Part shown: positions 43,953 through 47,023 of the stretch, piece by piece
How positions within the stretch are numbered: position 1 is the stretch's first letter
How the letters are laid out: each line of letters opens with the position of its first letter
DNA from: Chiloscyllium plagiosum
Taxonomy: Eukaryota
Reading direction: 5' to 3'
NCBI RefSeq assembly: GCF_004010195.1
Contig: NC_057717.1
Span: 104,374,053 to 104,421,075, forward strand
Length of the DNA: 47,023 nucleotides
Position numbers and translations under genes: made by a program
The notes under the pieces: generated by a model
What the model saw: the letters and a program-made list of their open reading frames with translations, nothing else
Database searches by the model: none
What the model was told of the DNA's origin: nothing

Positions 43953-44922
43953 GTCATAGAGTCATGGAGTCATAGAGATGTACAGCACGGAAACAGACCC
44001 TTTGGTCTAACCCATCCATGCCGACCAGATATCCAAACCCAATCTAGTCCCACCTGCCAGCACCCGGCCCATATCCCTCCAAACCCTTCCTATTCATATA
44101 GCCATCCAAATGCCTCTTAAATGTTGCAATTGTACCAGCCTCCACCACTNNNNNNNNNNNNNNNNNNNNNNNNNNNNNNNNNNNNNNNNNNNNNNNNNNN
44201 NNNNNNNNNNNNNNNNNNNNNNNNNNNNNNNNNNNNNNNNNNNNNNNNNNNNNNNNNNNNNNNNNNNNNNNNNNNNNNNNNNNNNNNNNNNNNNNNNNNN
44301 NNNNNNNNNNNNNNNNNNNNNNNNNNNNNNNNNNNNNNNNNNNNNNNNNNNNNNNNNNNNNNNNNNNNNNNNNNNNNNNNNNNNNNNNNNNNNNNNNNNN
44401 NNNNNNNNNNNNNNNNNNNNNNNNNNNNNNNNNNNNNNNNNNNNNNNNNNNNNNNNNNNNNNNNNNNNNNNNNNNNNNNNNNNNNNNNNNNNNNNNNNNN
44501 NNNNNNNNNNNNNNNNNNNNNNNNNNNNNNNNNNNNNNNNNNNNNNNNNNNNNNNNNNNNNNNNNNNNNNNNNNNNNNNNNNNNNNNNNNNNNNNNNNNN
44601 NNNNNNNNNNNNNNNNNNNNNNNNNNNNNNNNNNNNNNNNNNNNNNNNNNNNNNNNNNNNNNNNNNNNNNNGTGTCATCTGCAAACTTACTAACTGTACC
44701 TCTTATGTTCGCATCCAAATCATTTATATAAATAACAAAAAGTAGAGGGCCCAGCATCGATCCTTGTGGAGGCACTGGTCACAACCTCCACCACCACCCT
44801 CTGTCTTCTACCTTTGAGCCAGTTCTGTATCCAAATAGCTAGTTCTCCCTGTATTCCACGAGATCTAACCTTGCTAATCAGTCTCCCATGGGGAACCTTG
44901 TTGAATGCCTTACTGAAGTCCA
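43953..44922 (-). mobile_element. CR1 LINE RT core and 3' end spanning an assembly gap (44150-44671)
   Basis: [19 protein letters not shown]...SKFADD RT motifs. Confidence 0.92.
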
Positions 44923-45150
44923 GTGATTAAAGGCTTAACAGCAATCTAGGTTTGTTCAATACTTTGCACCAGTTGTAAGACACTTTGATGTTTTACTATA
45001 AACTCTGTGTCCTTTGATCCTGCCCCTGATGAAGGAGCAGCGCTCTGAAAGCTAGTGCTTCCAAATAAACCTGTCGGACTATAACCTGGTGCTGTGTGAT
45101 TTTTTAACTTTGTCTACCCCAGTCCAACACCAGCTCCTCCACATCTTCAA
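44923..45150 (+). mobile_element. Penelope terminus (family B) with a hammerhead core at 45026-45057
   Basis: CTGATGA-A-GGAGC-agc-GCTCT-GAAAG-CTA-GTG. Confidence 0.7.
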
Positions 45151-46718
45151 CATGTTGGACAGAGGCTGGTTTGTAATGACTGAAAGTGAAACCTTGTTTA
45201 ACCTCATGCTGCTGCTGATCCTATCTGCCAGCCCTTACACTTCGAAAGCTGGGTTGACCAGTGTGTCAGTGAAACAATTTCGTTTTGTTGTTGCGTGAGG
45301 GTCTGGCACTTTGTGAAGACACACCTACCGAGACGGAGTGAAACGGACATCTGGTATTTCAACTTGTTTAAACTGCTCCCAACTTTGTCTCATTATCACT
45401 CGGTGCTCAGTAGCGACTCGTTCAGGAAATATTCCGAGCAGGGAAGTGAGTAAAAATACATTGTTTCATGTGTGGAGAAATCCTCAAAGCAGGAACATAA
45501 CTTGTCTTGTTGATATTTGGTTCAATACCAAGTAACCCTCCCAGAGTTTAAGATGGACTCTTCCAAACAGATGTGATTCCAAAGCCTCTGTTGTGACACA
45601 CTGTGTGAAGTCTTTAAAGAAAGGGTTCGAGCTGGGTGTGAACTTTCTGACGATGAATGTGGTTTCACATCTGCTGAAGGGGTAAGGATCGGACAGGCAC
45701 AGGCTCCACGCTGAAAACACACCACACAGGGAGTACATGAGCGCGGTAACTAGGGCTAACACTGAGCGAGAGGGAGGTCAAAGGGACCTGGTCATCCGAC
45801 TGCAACAGGGAAACTGTGTGTCTGTCTGTCTGTGTCTGTGTTTATGTGTGTGCCTGTCTGTGTTTGTGTCTGTGTTTATGGGTCTGTCTGTGTGTCAGTC
45901 TGTCTGTCTGTGTCTGTGTTTATGTGTGTGCCGTGTTTATGTGTGTGTCTGTGTTTGTGTTGATTTGGAGATGCCGGTGTTGGACTCTGCTGTACAACGT
46001 TAACTTTGACTCCAGAAGTCAGTTGAGGACCTCCCCCCCCGGTCTGTATAACACAATCTGAATTCTTTGTAGACTGCCTCCTGTTGTTCCTGCTCTTCAA
46101 TTATACAGCCTCGTCTGCACCCCTCCCCCACCACCTCTCTACCTTTGTTCAAAATGAACTTGCACACATCCATTACAATTCGGATCTGACACAACTGCTT
46201 TATTTTCCCACAGCATTTGTACCCGACACTGGGCAATATATTGCGATTCAGTCAGTTTACTCTTTATGGAGAGGTGGTGAGGTGTGTATTGTTTATTGAG
46301 ACATTCCAGTGGGAGGGCAGCTTCTGGTTATGTACCTCTTGTCTGTCCATGTCTCTAGTTCTGTAAGTCATTGCTGGGCAGTCATCAAAGTTTAAACAGT
46401 CTAGAGATGGTCATGGTCACAAAGTTGACATTAATTAAAGAATGAACAGGGATTTGCTCACACTTTTTTCTTGCAGGCCAGACTAGGTAAATCTGTTGAC
46501 AATCCTGTGCCTATCCTCTGTACTTTGTGTGTTGTTCCTAGCATGTTCTCAGCAGTTAATAACCACTGCATTGTAGTGTGGGGCTGGAGTTAATTTTTTA
46601 ATTTCAAAAATATACTTTCTTCATAAAATATTTTGATGATCTGCCAATTGGTCATGCCATACATGCATAAACATTCCATTTCTTTGCATACAGAGAGAGA
46701 GTAATCATTCATATATAC

Positions 46719-47023
46719 ATGATTTGGAGATGCCGGTGTTGGACTGGGGTGTACAAAGTTAAAAATCACACAACACCAGGTTATAGTCCAACAGGTTTAA
46801 TTGGAAGCACAGTAGCTTTCGGAGCGACGCTCCTTCATCAGGTGATTGTGGAGGGCTCGATCGTAACACAGAATTTATAGCAAAAATTTGCAGTGTGATG
46901 TAACTGAAATTATACATTGAAAAATTGATTGTCTGCTAAGCCTTTCATCTGTTAGAATACAGTGATAGTTTCACTACTTTCATGTGTAAATCACAAAACC
47001 TTTTTTTAAAAAGTTGCATTCTC
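46719..47023 (-). mobile_element. Penelope terminus (family B) running off the window, hammerhead core at 46813-46841
   Basis: Same sequence family as 27386-27620 and 39195-39416; reverse complement reads CTGATGA-A-GGAGC-gtc-GCTCC-GAAAG-CTA. Confidence 0.75.

Noticed and set aside
45400..46495. Scattered + strand splice-like signals (e.g. 45571-45681, ~46213, ~46478) suggesting a next gene
   Set aside because: No recognisable protein or consistent reading frame could be assembled; needs transcript data.

Overview
Repeat-dense vertebrate genomic DNA, almost certainly from a shark (elasmobranch HE1-type V-SINEs, CR1/HER1-type LINEs, Penelope-like elements), with three assembly N-gaps. One protein-coding gene can be reconstructed by hand: a + strand, intact type II transmembrane C-type lectin (ATG 22839, or an in-frame upstream ATG 22698 in a mini-exon; stop 39091-39093; 8-9 coding exons; 277 or 283 aa). 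It has an ASGR1/CLEC10A-like YDDFQHL cytoplasmic tail, three symmetric phase-1 neck exons and a long-form Ca2+-type CRD with a DC-SIGN-like EPNNVxxEDC loop and WND. Other notable features are: many short, often palindromic Penelope-terminus insertions with 9-15 bp TSDs that carry minimal hammerhead-ribozyme cores (two sequence families); a 698-bp solo LTR with a TSD and an antisense-pointing CCAAT/TATA promoter; a Tigger/MER44-like MITE; a SINE-in-SINE insertion that duplicated 60 bp of flank; and 29-bp and 39-bp minisatellites. Nearly all supplied ORFs are repeat, microsatellite or gap artefacts. All family names come from recalled motifs, not database searches.
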